64,000 nucleotides of DNA from Bryobacterales bacterium (GCA_965206775.1 CBDBKU010000002.1:2115705-2179704), one strand, 5' to 3'; counted from the stretch's first letter, positions 11,100 to 23,135 are shown. Notes: generated by a model not told the origin, from the sequence alone. Program-made: numbers and translations.

Positions 11100-11572
11100 G
11101 CCCCTCCTGGGCCGCGCGATGTCGGCTCCCGGGATGGCGGGGTCCGGCAGCAGTTCCTGGTCGGCGCGGACTCGCTTGCTGTCTCGGAGCGCCGGGCGCC
11201 GGCTCCAAGGCCTGCCCGCGGCCTTGCTGGCCCGGTGTGATTCCCGCGCGCGCTCGGCCCGCAGATCCACCTCGAGCAGCGCCAGCGCGGCCATCACCGC
11301 CAACACGGCGTTTCCTCGCTGCGAACTGGTGTCGATCGCTTCGGAGATTGAGACCAGCTCGCACCCTCGGTGGCGAAGCTCAGCCGCCAGCGCGAGCATC
11401 TCGGCCGCAGGTGGCCCAGCGCGGCGTCGAACTGCGGGCGTTCGCTCTGGCGGTAGTTGCAGCGATCCGCGAAGATCCGCCCGCAGCCGCGCTCCCGCGG
11501 TTCCTGCATCTGGAAGCCGGGATCCTGGTCCGAGGTGGAAACCCGCCCGAAACCGACGACCGTGGTGTCCAT
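11100..11572 (-). pseudogene. Serine recombinase (resolvase/invertase), frameshifted
   Basis: GFGRVSTSDQDPGFQ, then ELVSISEAIDTSSQRG..VMAALALLEVDLRAER. Confidence 0.8.
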
Positions 11573-12166
11573 TGAACCAAGCCCGCGCCTGACTTCCTGT
11601 TGACTGATTCCTTGGACTCCTTGTCGGTCAATCGAGCACAGGTCAGGCGGCAATTCCGGTGCGCTCTGTGAGGTGTAACCAAATGAGCCGTCTTCGAGAT
11701 TCCCCCACGAGTCGCGGCGCTGCCACGCCGATAGCGTTTGGCCGTACCAATGTCGGGAGCAGGGATGGTGGCACCGACGGGGCCGAGTTCTTCGCGGCTG
11801 CAATTGGGACCACGGCAAGGTCCCGTGCGTGCGCGGCACCGGAACCGACCGGTCTTGTGGGATGCGTTGACGTCATCCCGGGCAAAGAGATCGTGGCCTT
11901 GGCGGAGAAAGGATTGCAAGGTCGTACCGAAGCTTCTTGTGCGGTCGCGACGGGCGCTATCTCACGACTAAGCCGATGCACGGCTTCTTCCCCCATCCTG
12001 CAGGCTCCCAGCGTTCGAAGCACGCCGATTGCGGAGCTGTACCAGCCACGTTCTCTGCGAATTGAAGGATTCTCCGTGTAACATTCAAATGTGGAGTGCG
12101 AGACGTCGAGCGCGTCGCCCCCTGCAATTCAGACCGCAGGGGTTAAGCAGGAACTGGGATAGATCG

Positions 12167-12588
12167 ATGCCACGGCGCAGATTCAATCCGAAGCGAAGGG
12201 TCGCTGGCGGTTGGAAACTAGGGACGCTTGAACTGCTAGCTAAGCGAGTAACCTACACGGGGAACCCAGAGCACCAGGAGCGGCCGGGAGATTTCGGACT
12301 GACGCCTCCCGTCCAACCGCGTCCGGACAAGTCGAAGTGCGACTGGATAGGGATTCTCGACCGGGCGACCGCGATAAGACTCTTGAGGGAGGGAGCCCGC
12401 CGAGGCCTCGTCAGTCGCCAGGTCCGCGGGGCCTTCCCGCAGAACATCTGGGCAGTGACTGACGGCGGTGATCCTGTCGAAGCGCAATTGGAGAATGCGA
12501 GCGTGGGCACTTATCACGGATATCCCATGCCTGGACAGATCCCTTCAGGGAGGTCATAGTCCGCCTCTGGGGCCAGCATGAGCAGTAG
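12167..12588 (+). CDS. Uncharacterised YHGYP-motif protein, possible nuclease toxin, with probable frameshift near 12530
   Basis: YTGNPEH..PGDFGLTPP..PRPDKSKCD..FPQNIWAV..EAQLEN..YHGYPM; the shifted-frame tail DPFREVIVRLWGQHEQ* overlaps the next start. Confidence 0.6.
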
Positions 12589-13891
12589 GTTTCGGATCGA
12601 TTGCCGGTGGGTTGAGGCCGCCTCCGGCGGCTCGGCGAGTCGTCATTTCCTGGCCGAGGTAGGAATTGAGGCCGACGGCGTTCCAGTGACAGCGCTCGCC
12701 GATACTCGCGCCCGCACCTACCGGTCAGGAATCCGGGTTTCTGCGTACGATCTGGCCGCATGGTTCATCGCGAACTGGTGGCGGTTGCGCTGGGAGGCGG
12801 ATGGAGAAGGATCGTCCTGGAACATGAGCCACCGAGTCGGTGCTGCCGGGAACGGCTACTTGTGGCCGGACTTGGAGTTCGTTGGCGGCGACGCAACCGT
12901 ACAGATCCGGTCCAATCCCATCAGCCTGGCTACGATCTCGCCCTTGCGGTTCTTGAGCGAGGTGGATATTCATGTGCCGGCGGGGGATTTCGAAAATGCG
13001 GTCCGAGACCTCGTCGAAACGGTCACCTCACGGTTGCAATCGTTGACCAGTCAAGACACGGAAGGGCTGCAGGAATTGCTGCCTGCCTGGCGCGATCTCG
13101 GCCAGGAAATCGAAGATCCGGTGCTGAGCTTTGACCGGGCGATCGAGGCCAGAATGGGGTTCGACCCGGAAGAGGCGGAACCGGCTGTACTCGGTTGCCT
13201 GCGCCAAGCCGCGCACGAGGTCGGTCGCAGCCCCGTCGAGGAACTGGCGGCGTCCTCGAAGAGCCGCGCGCTGGAAGACTTCAAGACACTCTGGGACGAT
13301 GTTCGCGGGAAATCGCGCCCCATGCGGCTGGACGTAACTCCCGAATTGAAGGCAGAAGCTGCACATGTGAAGAATCGCGACCTAAGGCCCTGGAAGAAGG
13401 GCGCGACGCTGGCTGAGCTGGCGCGCCGGGAATGGTCGATTGACCGAGACGCGGTTGACAACCACAGCCTGGCGGAACTATGTGGGGTCCCGGAGGATTG
13501 GATCCATCCGGGATTCGGCGAAGACGTTCCAATTCCTGCCGGCTTCCGCGGCCGCTCGGGCGACGACCCACTCTTGGCCTCGCTAAAAAAGCGCCATCCC
13601 ACCGGCCGGCGATTCGCTCTCGCACGTATCATCGGAGATCATCTGCTGGCGGGAGAAGGCGACAGGCTGCTTCCGGTGACGGATGCGGCCACTGAGCGGC
13701 AGCAATTCCAACGAGCCTTTGCGCAGGCCTTCCTCTGTCCATTCGAAGCGCTTCGTGATCACCTCGGAACCAAAGTGCCCGACGACGACTTCATCGAGGA
13801 CGCGGCACAGTATTTCAATGTGTCGTCGTGGCTGATTAGGTCCGCATTAATCAATCACGGGGCGCTGAATCCAGCCACACCGGCATCCTAA
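12578..13891 (+). CDS. ImmA/IrrE (DUF955)-like protein lacking HExxH
   Basis: 437 aa; C-terminal HPTGRRFALARIIGDHL...QQFQRAFAQAFLCP...AAQYFNVS. Confidence 0.7.
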   Translation: MSSRFRIDCRWVEAASGGSASRHFLAEVGIEADGVPVTALADTRARTYRSGIRVSAYDLAAWFIANWWRLRWEADGEGSSWNMSHRVGAAGNGYLWPDLEFVGGDATVQIRSNPISLATISPLRFLSEVDIHVPAGDFENAVRDLVETVTSRLQSLTSQDTEGLQELLPAWRDLGQEIEDPVLSFDRAIEARMGFDPEEAEPAVLGCLRQAAHEVGRSPVEELAASSKSRALEDFKTLWDDVRGKSRPMRLDVTPELKAEAAHVKNRDLRPWKKGATLAELARREWSIDRDAVDNHSLAELCGVPEDWIHPGFGEDVPIPAGFRGRSGDDPLLASLKKRHPTGRRFALARIIGDHLLAGEGDRLLPVTDAATERQQFQRAFAQAFLCPFEALRDHLGTKVPDDDFIEDAAQYFNVSSWLIRSALINHGALNPATPAS

Positions 13892-14261
13892 CCTGGCGTC
13901 CTCGAAAGACTCGCCAGTATTGACGGCTGCCGCCAGGGACGCGCCCGCACCGCTCCTACCCGCGCTGCTCCCGCAAACCCGTCGGCAAATGGGGGCCCCC
14001 CCAAGCCAGCCGCAGCCTGAAGCGCAAAACCCCAGCCCGATTTGCCGGAATTCCCCTTGCGGCCTCAAACGAATGCTGCAACAGCGCTAAACGAATGCCA
14101 TTGCCCGCCCCCCTACGGCGAGGACGAGCCGCCAGCCGCCGAACCGACGGTCGGCCCCTGGTCATCGGGCCGCACTGTTGGAACTGACCCTCGGGGTTTT
14201 CCTCAAGGTAGTGTTCCCGGGTAGTTCGGAGGCAGGCTCCCTGGATCCCAGGCTGCCGCTA

Positions 14262-15790
14262 TCCCCCGCCGCCGTCCACCTTGTGGTCCCCAGCGTCCGT
14301 GATGGCATGCGCTCCGAGATCGAGAACTGCGTCCGTCCCGCCCTCGCTCCGGATGCTCCCGCCGTTCAGTGTCAGCGCGTTTGCCGCGATGCCGATCCCA
14401 TCAGTGTCCACGTCCTCCGCCTGCACTTGGTAGCGGAAGAACAGGGCAGTCCCTTCACGACTCGGCGTCCAGAAGGAAGCGTGGCGCGTCTGGCTGCCCA
14501 CGGTGAGTGCCAGTCTGGGGCTTCCGGTGGCCTCGATCTGCGAGGTGAATAGGACCCAAACGGTGATGAATTCTCCCGCTCGGTAGGCGGTGCCGTTCGA
14601 GGGGCTGCTGAAAATCCCCGCGCCACTCACTTCCGGAGCAATCGCAATGCTGCCGTCCACCTTGTGGCCCGCGGAGTTCAAGATGGCGTGGGCAGCGAGA
14701 CCGAGATGCGCATCCGTCCCGCCCTCGCTCCGGATGCTGCCGCCGTTCAGAGTCAGCGCGTTCGCCGCGATGCCGATGCCATGAGTGTCCACGTCCGCCG
14801 ACTGCACCTGATAGCGGAAGAGCAGGATAGTCCCTTCGCCGCTCGGCGCCCAGAAGGAAGCGTGGCGCGTCTGACTGCCCACTGTGAGTGCCAGTCCGGG
14901 GCTTCCGGTGGCCTCGATCCGCGAGGTGAATTGGACCCAAGCGGTGATGAATTCTCCCGCCCGGTAGGCGGTGCCGTTCGAGGGACTGCTGAAAATCCCC
15001 ACGCCGCTCACTGTCGGCGCACTCGCAATGCTGCCGTCCACCTTGTGGCCCGCGGAGTTCAAGATGGCGTGGGCGCCGAGACCGACATCCGCATCCGTCC
15101 CGACCGCACTCCGGATGCTGCCGCCGTTCAGTGTCAGCGCGTTCGCCGCGATGCCAATGCCGTCCGTATCCACGTCGTCCGACTGCACCTGGTAACGGAA
15201 GAATACGAAAGTCCCGTCGCGACTCGGCGTCCAGTAGGAAGCGTGGCGCGTCTGGCTGCCCACGGCGAGTGCCAGTCGCGGGCTCCCGGCCGCCTCTATT
15301 CGGGTGGTGAATTGGACCCAAGCGACAATCGGTTCGCCCACCCCGTAAGCGGTACCGTTCGACGGGCTGCTGGAAATCCCCGCACGGCTTACCTTCGGGA
15401 CGGTCGCCATGCTGCCATCGACCTTGTGATCCGCGGCACTGGCAGTCACTGGTCCTGCAAGAGCGAGAGTCGAATCCGCGCCGCCAGCGGTCTCGATACT
15501 TCCGCCATTCAGAGTCAACGCGTCGGCCGCGATGCCGATTCCATCCGCGTCTCGATCCTCCGCCTGTACCAGGTAGTTGAATTCCAAGCTCTTGTAGCCT
15601 GCCTCGCAAACGCTCTTCGATCCATTGCCGGTCCAGGGTAACCGACGAGTGCGGTCGCCCACGCCGAGATCCAGTGCTGGTGTCCCGTCCACCTCGACAG
15701 GATCGGCGAAGCTTACGCGGACTCGGATCTCCTCGCCTGCTCCATAGGTGTCACCGTCTTGGGGATAGCCATCGATCGTCACGGCGTTCG
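14262..15790 (-). repeat. Four tandem ~381-bp (127-aa) coding repeats
   Basis: Unit SSPSNGTAY..GE.I...P.LALTVG..FRYQVQ..DVDTDGIGIAANALTLNGGSI..HKVDG; shared motif at ~14271, 14652, 15033, 15414. Confidence 0.9.
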
Positions 15791-17309
15791 CCCGCCGCCT
15801 TGCGGACGTGCTGCTGTACCGGGAAACGACCGTTGATGCCACTGGAATCTCGACACCTGTCTCGGTCCAGGTGGTTTCCCCCGGGCCGCTGCTCGCCTTC
15901 AAGACTCTCAGCAAGCCCCGGTAAGTAGAGTCGAGCACCACGCCGGCAGTGTTCGCCGTGACGGAAATCTCTTCCACGCCGCTGCCCGAACGGACCCATT
16001 CCTGCGGGTTGGCCGTGAGCCAGCTTGCATTCGAAACGATCCTGTACCGAACCGTGCCGGTTGTCTCGTGGGCCAGCCGGACCGTCTGTGGACCTGCTGG
16101 GGACACGAACGTGAGTGCCGGGGGCCAGGCCTTGACAATCCCGCTGCGACGGACTTCCACCGACAGCGCCCCCTCGATCCGCGCTAGCGTCGGCGGTACG
16201 GCAAGAGCGATGAAGTAGACCCCGTTGGACAGGCGCGGAACGGCTTCCCGATTGATCGAGATCGTCTCGGTCGCTCCTGGCGAGGTCGACTCGAAATCGG
16301 CGTGGATCAACGGCGTTTCCTCGGAGTCTCCCGGCTCCCCCCTGACGCTCCCGCCTCGGTGAACGTACAAGTCGACTTCTTCGGCCGACGACGATTGGAA
16401 CCGAACCGTCACCTCGGCCGCGTCTGGCGGTACCAGCACGTTGTAGCCCTCGCTCCCGCTGTAGAGATGAAACCGCTCGGAAGCGCCTAGCGTCACGCTC
16501 TTGGTTTCGCCAGGCCGGATCGGCTCGCTCTCAGCGAAAAAAGCTTCCAGGGTCTTGGCTGTGTCCATGACGATCGTCTGTACCGGCCCGGAGTCTGAGA
16601 CTTCGCCAGTCCATCCTGCAAAATGCCACCCGGGTCCGGGCTTCGCCGTGACCTGGACTCGCGTGCCGTCGGCATAGAAGCCATCCTCGGAGCGCGGCGA
16701 AATGTCGATGCCGGCATCGTCCGGGTGGTTGCGGCTGGCAACGCGAAGGCGATACTCCCGCGTGAACTCCAGACCGACCTTGCCACCGTTCTCGGGCACC
16801 TCGATCCGGTGGGCACGGCTTCCCCCGTCGCTCCAGCCCTTGAAGCGATACCGTATGTCGTCGAAGTCTGCTTCCTCGGGAACGGTCGCGGGTGCTTCCG
16901 CCCAGATGCCGCCGGGAAATGCGTCTGCCGGGAATGCCCACGGGATGCGTCTCGGCTCGCCGCCCAGGTGGACCCTGATCCCGTCTACGTTCGAGTCGAC
17001 GAGAAACGTGGGTTTCGCGGTGTAGATCGCGCAGAATTCAGTGATTCCGGTCCAGTGCGACGACCAGTAAGACCAAATGGGCGTGGTGCCTGATGCGGGA
17101 CTCGAAGAGGCTCCCGGGGCGGACCCTCTGCTGCGCCTGTCCGCGTCACGTCGCAGGTTCGGTACGGGATTCCACTGCAAGAAGTTGCTCGACCCGTCCG
17201 CTTTCGCCTCGACCTCGACCGGCTGTCTCTGCACGTGGAAGCCGTCCCGCGATTCGGGACGGACCGTCACGCTGCCAGCCTCGGACGGTGCGGCGCACGA
17301 CAGGATCCT

Positions 17310-19917
17310 CAGATTTCCTTACATCGGTTGTTTTACGTTGGCATGATTGTGGGAGGAGATGCCGGTTCTGGGTGGGTTGGGGCAACGATTGAGGTGAGGG
17401 GGTTGTCGGGGAGGATTTCGTAGACCAGGCGCAGGTCGGTTCCGGGAAACAGCGTCGCGGTTTCGTTCAGTTCCTTGAGCAGTGCAGCCAGGGCGGCGTC
17501 CTGGCCGCGGCTGGCTTGGTGCAGCAACCGGACGGTGAGAGTCCCGGCCGCAGAGTCGGGAAGAAGGGTGGCGTCGCTGCGGAACAGCGCCTTGAGCAGG
17601 GGGCGCACATTCTCGGGCCTGCTCAGTTCCGGCGCGACCGCGCCGGCCATGGCGGTCTCGGCGCGGTAGCAGCCGCTCATGCGCAGGGTGTCGAGTCGCC
17701 ATCGCTGGCGGCGATCATGCGCAGGGTGTCGAGCAGGTTCCGCAGCGGGGCAGGCAGGGCCTGCAGCCGCTCTTCGGGCGACAGGTCGCCGGCCCGGACA
17801 TGCTCCTGGACGTCGCTTTTCGCCAGTTCCAGGCCCGTGATGCGCCGCTCGATCGCGGCGGTCTCCGCCTGGAGCTGGAGGGCCTTCTGCGAACGCGCGC
17901 CGCGCTCGGCTGCCAGCTTGCGATGCAGGTGCCCGGCCTTGCCGCGCAGCCTCCGCAAGGCGCGCTCGAGCCAGCGCCAGAGCGGGTTGACCACCCGCTC
18001 GTCGGCATCCACCCCCACGAGCGCGTGCTCGGCCAGCGTGTCGAGACCGAATTCCGCGCGCATGTACTTGAAGAAGTTCTCCTGCGTCCAGCGTGAGCGC
18101 AGCAGGCCCGCGACCCGCTCCGCGGGCAGCGTGGGATGCGTGGTGAGGATCGCCGGCTGGCGCTCGCCCGCCGCCGGCTGGCCCGCCAGCTCCAGCGGCT
18201 TGCGCGGCTGGCCGCTCTTGCCCGGCCGGCGCAGGCGCCGGTCGATCCAGAAGCGGATCTCGCGCGCCGCGCAGGCGTTCCCCAGAGCCGCCTTGCGCTC
18301 GGCGATGCGGCCCTCCAGCGCTTGTTCGCCGCCGGGCGCGTGCACCGCCAGGCGGGCCGGGACAAACTCGCTGTCCGGCCAGCGCTCCGCCTGCGGCCCC
18401 TTGCGCCAGGTGATCACCGCGATCCCCCGCTCCGCCAGCTGCGCGAACAGCGCCGGACTCCAGCCTTCCCGGTCGAACACCAGCGTCAGGCGCGGCCGCG
18501 ACGGCTCCTGCGCGGCCGGCAGCAGGCCCAGTTCCTCCAGCTGCGGCAGCAGCCCGTCCCGCAACTCCGCCACCAGTGCGGGATCGACCTGCTTGTGCAC
18601 GCACAGCAACGGCGCCCCCCCGAGCGCCCCCACCCAGTAGCTGGCCGCGGCCGGCAGGCACAGCTTCTGCCGCGGCACGAAGTGCTTCGGCAGGCGGCCT
18701 TGGCCGCTGTAGACCTGGACGTGCCCGTCCACGAACAGCGTCGCGACGGCCTCCGGATCGGCGCCGGCCCAGTCCCGCGCCAAGGCGCCGCGCCAGGCCT
18801 CCAGCGCGGCCGTATCCGCCACCAGCTGGCGTGTCCTGCGCCGTAGCGTGCGATCGCAGGGGCAGCGGTCCAGGCCCAGCAAGGCACCCCATTCCCCGGG
18901 CTGCTCGTAGCGCAGCCGCTCCGGATTGCGCACGCGCGCCAGCAGCAGGAACGCCAGCAGCAGCAGGATCGAGCGCACCCCGTAGAAGCCCTTGGGCAGG
19001 CGCAGCAGGCCCTCGTGGCGCAGCAGGCCGGCCTGCACCAAGGCCGGAACCGCCGTCAGCACCCCGCCCCCGCTGACCGCCGAGGCCGCGGCGAAACGCG
19101 GCTCCCGTTCCTGCAGCGGCCCCAGGCTGGTCAGCGTCCGCCCGGCCGTGTCGCATGTCGCCCGGCCCTGCGGCGCCTGCGCGTCGCGCTGGTTGCGCCG
19201 CTCCTTGTCGGGCGGCTCCCGCACCTCCGCCTCCGCCGGCTCGCTCCCGGCCGGCGCTCCTTCCGCTGCCGGCCCGGCCGCCGCTCCCTGCTGGCCCGCG
19301 ACCCCCGCCAGCAGGCCTTTGCGCAGGTACGCCCGCAGCGTCGAATAGCACAGCCCCAGCTCCCGCGCCGTCCCGCGCAAGCTCGCTCCCTGCGCCAGCT
19401 TCTCCCCCGCCCGCCTCAGCAGCTCCGCATCCTCGATCCCGTGCAGGCGCCGCCGCTTGCGCGGCTTGTCAAAGTCCTGCTCTCCGCGCGCTTCCATCTG
19501 TCGCCGCGCCCGGGCCACCGTGCGCGCGCTGATCCCGTGCGCCCGGGCCAGTTCGGCGTGCGTGGCCAGCCCGAGCAGCGCGAAGCGGCCGAGGCAGCGC
19601 GCGCGGCCTGGCCGGTCGTCGACGCCGCAGCTGTCGATCGGGTCGGTGTTGAGGAAATAGACCCAGCGGCCAGCGTCCAGGAGCATGCTCAGGCGAGCGT
19701 TGACGGGGATCGCCTCACCGGGCCGCAGGCCGAGCGAAGCGGGGAGTGGGGAGGGTTCGGGGTGCGCTGGGCCGCCTTTCATGTGGACATATTAAAAAAA
19801 CCGAACCGGCCATGTCAAGCCCGCGACACCAATTGCGAGAAAAACGTAACCCCGTGCGCTAGAACGGCTTATACCGATTCACTCGATCTCGCCAAATTGT
19901 CGATGTAAGGAAGTCTG
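17310..19917 (-). mobile_element. Unclassified IS, 2608 bp, 17-bp terminal IRs, 5-bp target duplication
   Basis: Ends CAGATTTCCTTACATCG and CGATGTAAGGAAGTCTG (1 mismatch); ATCCT at 17305-17309 and 19918-19922. Confidence 0.9.
17333..19782 (-). pseudogene. DDE-type transposase with HTH, frameshifted by a short internal duplication
   Basis: LFVDGH, LVFDREGWS, RWTQENFFKYM; TCATGCGCAGGGTGTCGAG duplicated at 17677 and 17715; C-terminus YRAETAMA..FPGTDLRLVYE in another frame. Confidence 0.8.
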
Positions 19918-21212
19918 ATCCTGCGCTGTGCGATGTAGTTCGCTTCGAACCACGTGGATTCCGGATCGGCCGTTACGTTGCGCCGGCTGCGGCCGTTGTC
20001 GCTCCAGCGCCCGAACACGAACCGCTCCGCACCGACCGTCTGAGGCGAGATTATTTGCAGAGTATGCGTGCTGCCGGGACTCCAATCGAACTGTGCGGGA
20101 GTCGTGACCGTTTCGCCGTCCACGAGGATCGCCAGCCCGGCGGGGTTTGTGGTGATCGTAGTGGCTGTCGGAACCGTCCCATACAGTCTGGCCACCCCGT
20201 CAATGTCTCCCGGCGACAAGCCCCCCGATCTCACGGGGATCCCAGGGGGGATCGTACCGACCCGAATGTAGTTCATGACCGAGGAGAAGTTGTAGGGCCT
20301 TCTACCCGGCGTGTCAGCGAGGTACGCAAACCCTATATCCCCGTAGGATTGTGCGTCGGCAACAGTGATGTACTCGTCTCGATCGTGCCGCTGGTGTTCG
20401 TGCAGCAAGCCCACGGCGTGGCCGATCTCATGGATCGTGGTGTCCACTCCGCAGCCGTCCGGGCTGGAGAGCCAGATCGACTGCTCTCCGCCTTTCCGTC
20501 CCAGATTTGCACGACAATAAGGCTCTGACGGGCGAAACCCCCTAGGCTGAAATCGAACATAGTCGGACTCTGTCGTTCTTTGAACCAACGTGATGACCGT
20601 CTTGGAATTCCACGCGTGGATTGCTTTCTCGATGTCGCTCAGCCCCTTCTCCGTAAAGCCCGCTTCGATCACGTACGGGACGATTCCGTCAGGCCAAAGC
20701 AGTTCGTCCTCGACCGCTGCGAGGTCCCGTCGATCCGGCCACGAGCCCGTCAAGACCTTTGTCGAAGGCTGTCTCGTGTACTCTGCTACCACCTCCTCGA
20801 CCGGGCCTAGGACCATGTCGCCCCCGTGGACGGCCAAGCCGTCCACGATCTCGTAGTGCAGTTCTTGCCCGCGAGAGATCGCGACCCCCGTGCGGACGAA
20901 TGGAACTGCCGCCTGACCGGACGCTGCATTGCCCCGTTGCGGCCGCACCGCCTGGCCGTCCGCCATCGCTGCTGCCGCTAGCGCAAGGACGAGCAATTGA
21001 GCTTGAAGCCGGATCGCTACAAGCCGACCCCGGACAGGAGCCGACCGGCACGGATGCCGGGCTGCAGACGAACGAATGCCAAGAGCATAGGGCCTTGGGG
21101 ATAACACCCCAAGCATGACGCGAACTCGTTGTTGGTCGGCTCCACCAATGGCATTGCGGTCTTCCCTGATTCCTCAACGGGACTTCAGAATCAGCGAGGT
21201 GGCTCGTTGTGA

Positions 21213-21943
21213 CTGGACTGACTCGTGACAGGTTTCGCGTGCTCGACAGCGGCGAGCAGCAAGAGATTTCAGTGTTCGAAGCCGACGAATCCGGATGCTG
21301 ATGCGCGATCCTGCTCGACACGACTGGCAGCATGAAGCGGGCGCTTCCCACGGTCAAGCGAGCGATCCTGGAATTCATCGACGATCTGCGATCGAACGAC
21401 TCGGTTGCCGTGTACGCTTTCAGCACGCAGCTGGAGCAGCTCCAGCCGTTCAAACTGGACAAGAACGAAGCGAAACGAGCTGTTCTGAAGACGCGTGCGG
21501 ACGGTGCCACGGCGCTGTTCGATTCCGTGCATCGCGTCACGAAGGATCTTGCCGGGGTCGATGGCAAGAAGGCGCTCCTGGTCTTTACCGACGGCGACGA
21601 CAATTCCAGCGTGCTCAACGCCCGATCAGCGATCCGACAGGCTCGAGCCGTCGGGGCGCCGGTGTTCGCGGCGGCACAAGGGCAAGCTCTCGAGAACCGC
21701 GACCTAGTCAAGCAGATCCACGAGCTGTCCCGATCCACTGGAGGCCTGGCATTCGAGGTGAAGGAGAGCGGCCAGGCGCAGCGGATCTTCTTCGAGATTC
21801 CCAGAGCGCTGAATCACGGCTATCTGCTTGCATTCCGCCCGCCTCAGGCAACGAGCGGCGAATGGCGAGACATCGAGGTGGCTGTGTCTGGAGTCAGGAG
21901 ACCGCAGATCCGCGCGAAGAGCGGCTACTTCGCCGTTCCGTAG
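21213..21943 (+). pseudogene. Acidobacterial VWA-domain protein copy 1 (5' truncated, small deletion)
   Basis: LLDTTGSM, GATALFDSV, KKALLVFTDGDDNSS, IRAKSGYFAVP. Confidence 0.85.
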
Positions 21944-22754
21944 GGCAGTGCTCCTGGAGCCCGCGGGCTGCACGGCCGGGAGGGAGGCTCCAGCGCGAGC
22001 CAGTCGCGCATGGTCCTGGCTGCGATGCATGCGCGTCGGGCCTTCTCCTGCCTCGCGGTCCGGCGTGCGGGGTTCCCGCCGCAGGGACTGGAAGGTCGCG
22101 ATAGCGCGGATCCGGCACTGGGCCAGATCGCGCGGGTGTCGGGTTCGGATGTCCTGCAGGGGGATTTCAAGGGGCGATCTCGGTTGTACGGCTTGCTGTC
22201 CCGAAGCCAGGAGGCTGCGGGCGCGGGCCGGCCGGAATGCCCGCCGGATTCCAATTGCGCAGGGAGTCGAGCGGGGCTGGCGGAGAAGGCGGCTGCGCCT
22301 CGGCGACGGCGCTCAGCCGGACCGGCACCGCAGGCGGGCCAAGATGAATGCGCGATCAAGCAGACAGGCGGAACCGGCCTCGCCACTTCCCTACCAGCAC
22401 ATGCAGACGGTTCCGCTCTCGGTCGGCGCTGCGGAAAATCACGAGCAGCATTAAATCGTTGAATCGGCTCCGCAGCACGGCATCGATGCGCTCGTTCGGG
22501 GCGGGTTCCGGCGTCGGGGAAATCGAGACGCTCGTCTCATGTCCGGTCGCGCTGCAGCATCTCGCTGGTGAAATTCCGCTGCCGGTCCCTCAAGCTCTCA
22601 CCGAAGCGGGTGCGAGAACATGTCCTGCCGGTCCCTCCGCGAGGACGTGCTGGACCCGGCAGCGATCGCGCGGGACTTGCAGGGCACTGACTCATCTGGC
22701 GCATCGGAGCAGCCGATGGCGGTGACGGCAGCCACACATAGTCGACTGGTGGGT

Positions 22755-23135
22755 TCAAGCAGCTGGGCGCGGCGGAGCGGTCAGCGACACGTCCAGCCTC
22801 ACCTGGTTGTAGGGGACCCGCGGCACCAGCGTGCCGCGCCGTCCCTGCTCCAGTTCCACGAGGCCGTAGCGCGACATTGTCTTCAGGGTCCGTGACAAAT
22901 TCGACGTGCTGCGCCCTGCGAGCGCCGCCAGCTCGGTGAGCGAGTCCGGATGCTCACGGGCAATCAGCGCCAGAAGCTCTCGATTGCGTTGCGAAAGCAC
23001 TTTCGCAAAGCTCTCGATGGACGTGAACCAGACCGTCGGCTCGCCCGTGGCAGGCTTGTGCTTCCCGCGGGCAATCGCCATGGTGCGCGCCTTCATCCGA
23101 TCGTAGCCGGCGATTCCGATCTGCAATGTCTTCAT
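22755..23135 (-). CDS. HTH antitoxin/regulator paired with DUF6516 toxin
   Basis: WFTSIESFAKVLS..NRELL..PDSLTELAALAGRSTSNLSRTLKTM; identical protein at 56825..57205. Confidence 0.8.
   Translation of the reverse strand: MKTLQIGIAGYDRMKARTMAIARGKHKPATGEPTVWFTSIESFAKVLSQRNRELLALIAREHPDSLTELAALAGRSTSNLSRTLKTMSRYGLVELEQGRRGTLVPRVPYNQVRLDVSLTAPPRPAA

Larger units (their letters stand above)
14259..21116 (-). pseudogene. Large secreted astacin (M12A) metalloprotease with tandem Ig-like domains, split by an IS
   Basis: Signal-like N-terminus, WPDGIVPY, HEIGHAVGLLHEHQRHDRD, SSVMNY Met-turn; removing 17310-19917 and one ATCCT rejoins both halves in frame (about 1414 aa). Confidence 0.85.

Noticed and set aside
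14262-15790. Regularly spaced repeats as a CRISPR array or DGR template/variable pair
   Set aside because: They are 381-bp in-frame coding units; no unique spacers, cas genes or reverse transcriptase, and no evident adenine-specific variation.
17333-19351. Long GC-rich alternative-frame ORFs (672 aa here; also 50088..52055, 24167..25492)
   Set aside because: Shadow frames of real genes with Arg/Ala/Gly/Pro-biased composition; only the last ~115 aa of the 672-aa ORF are real transposase.
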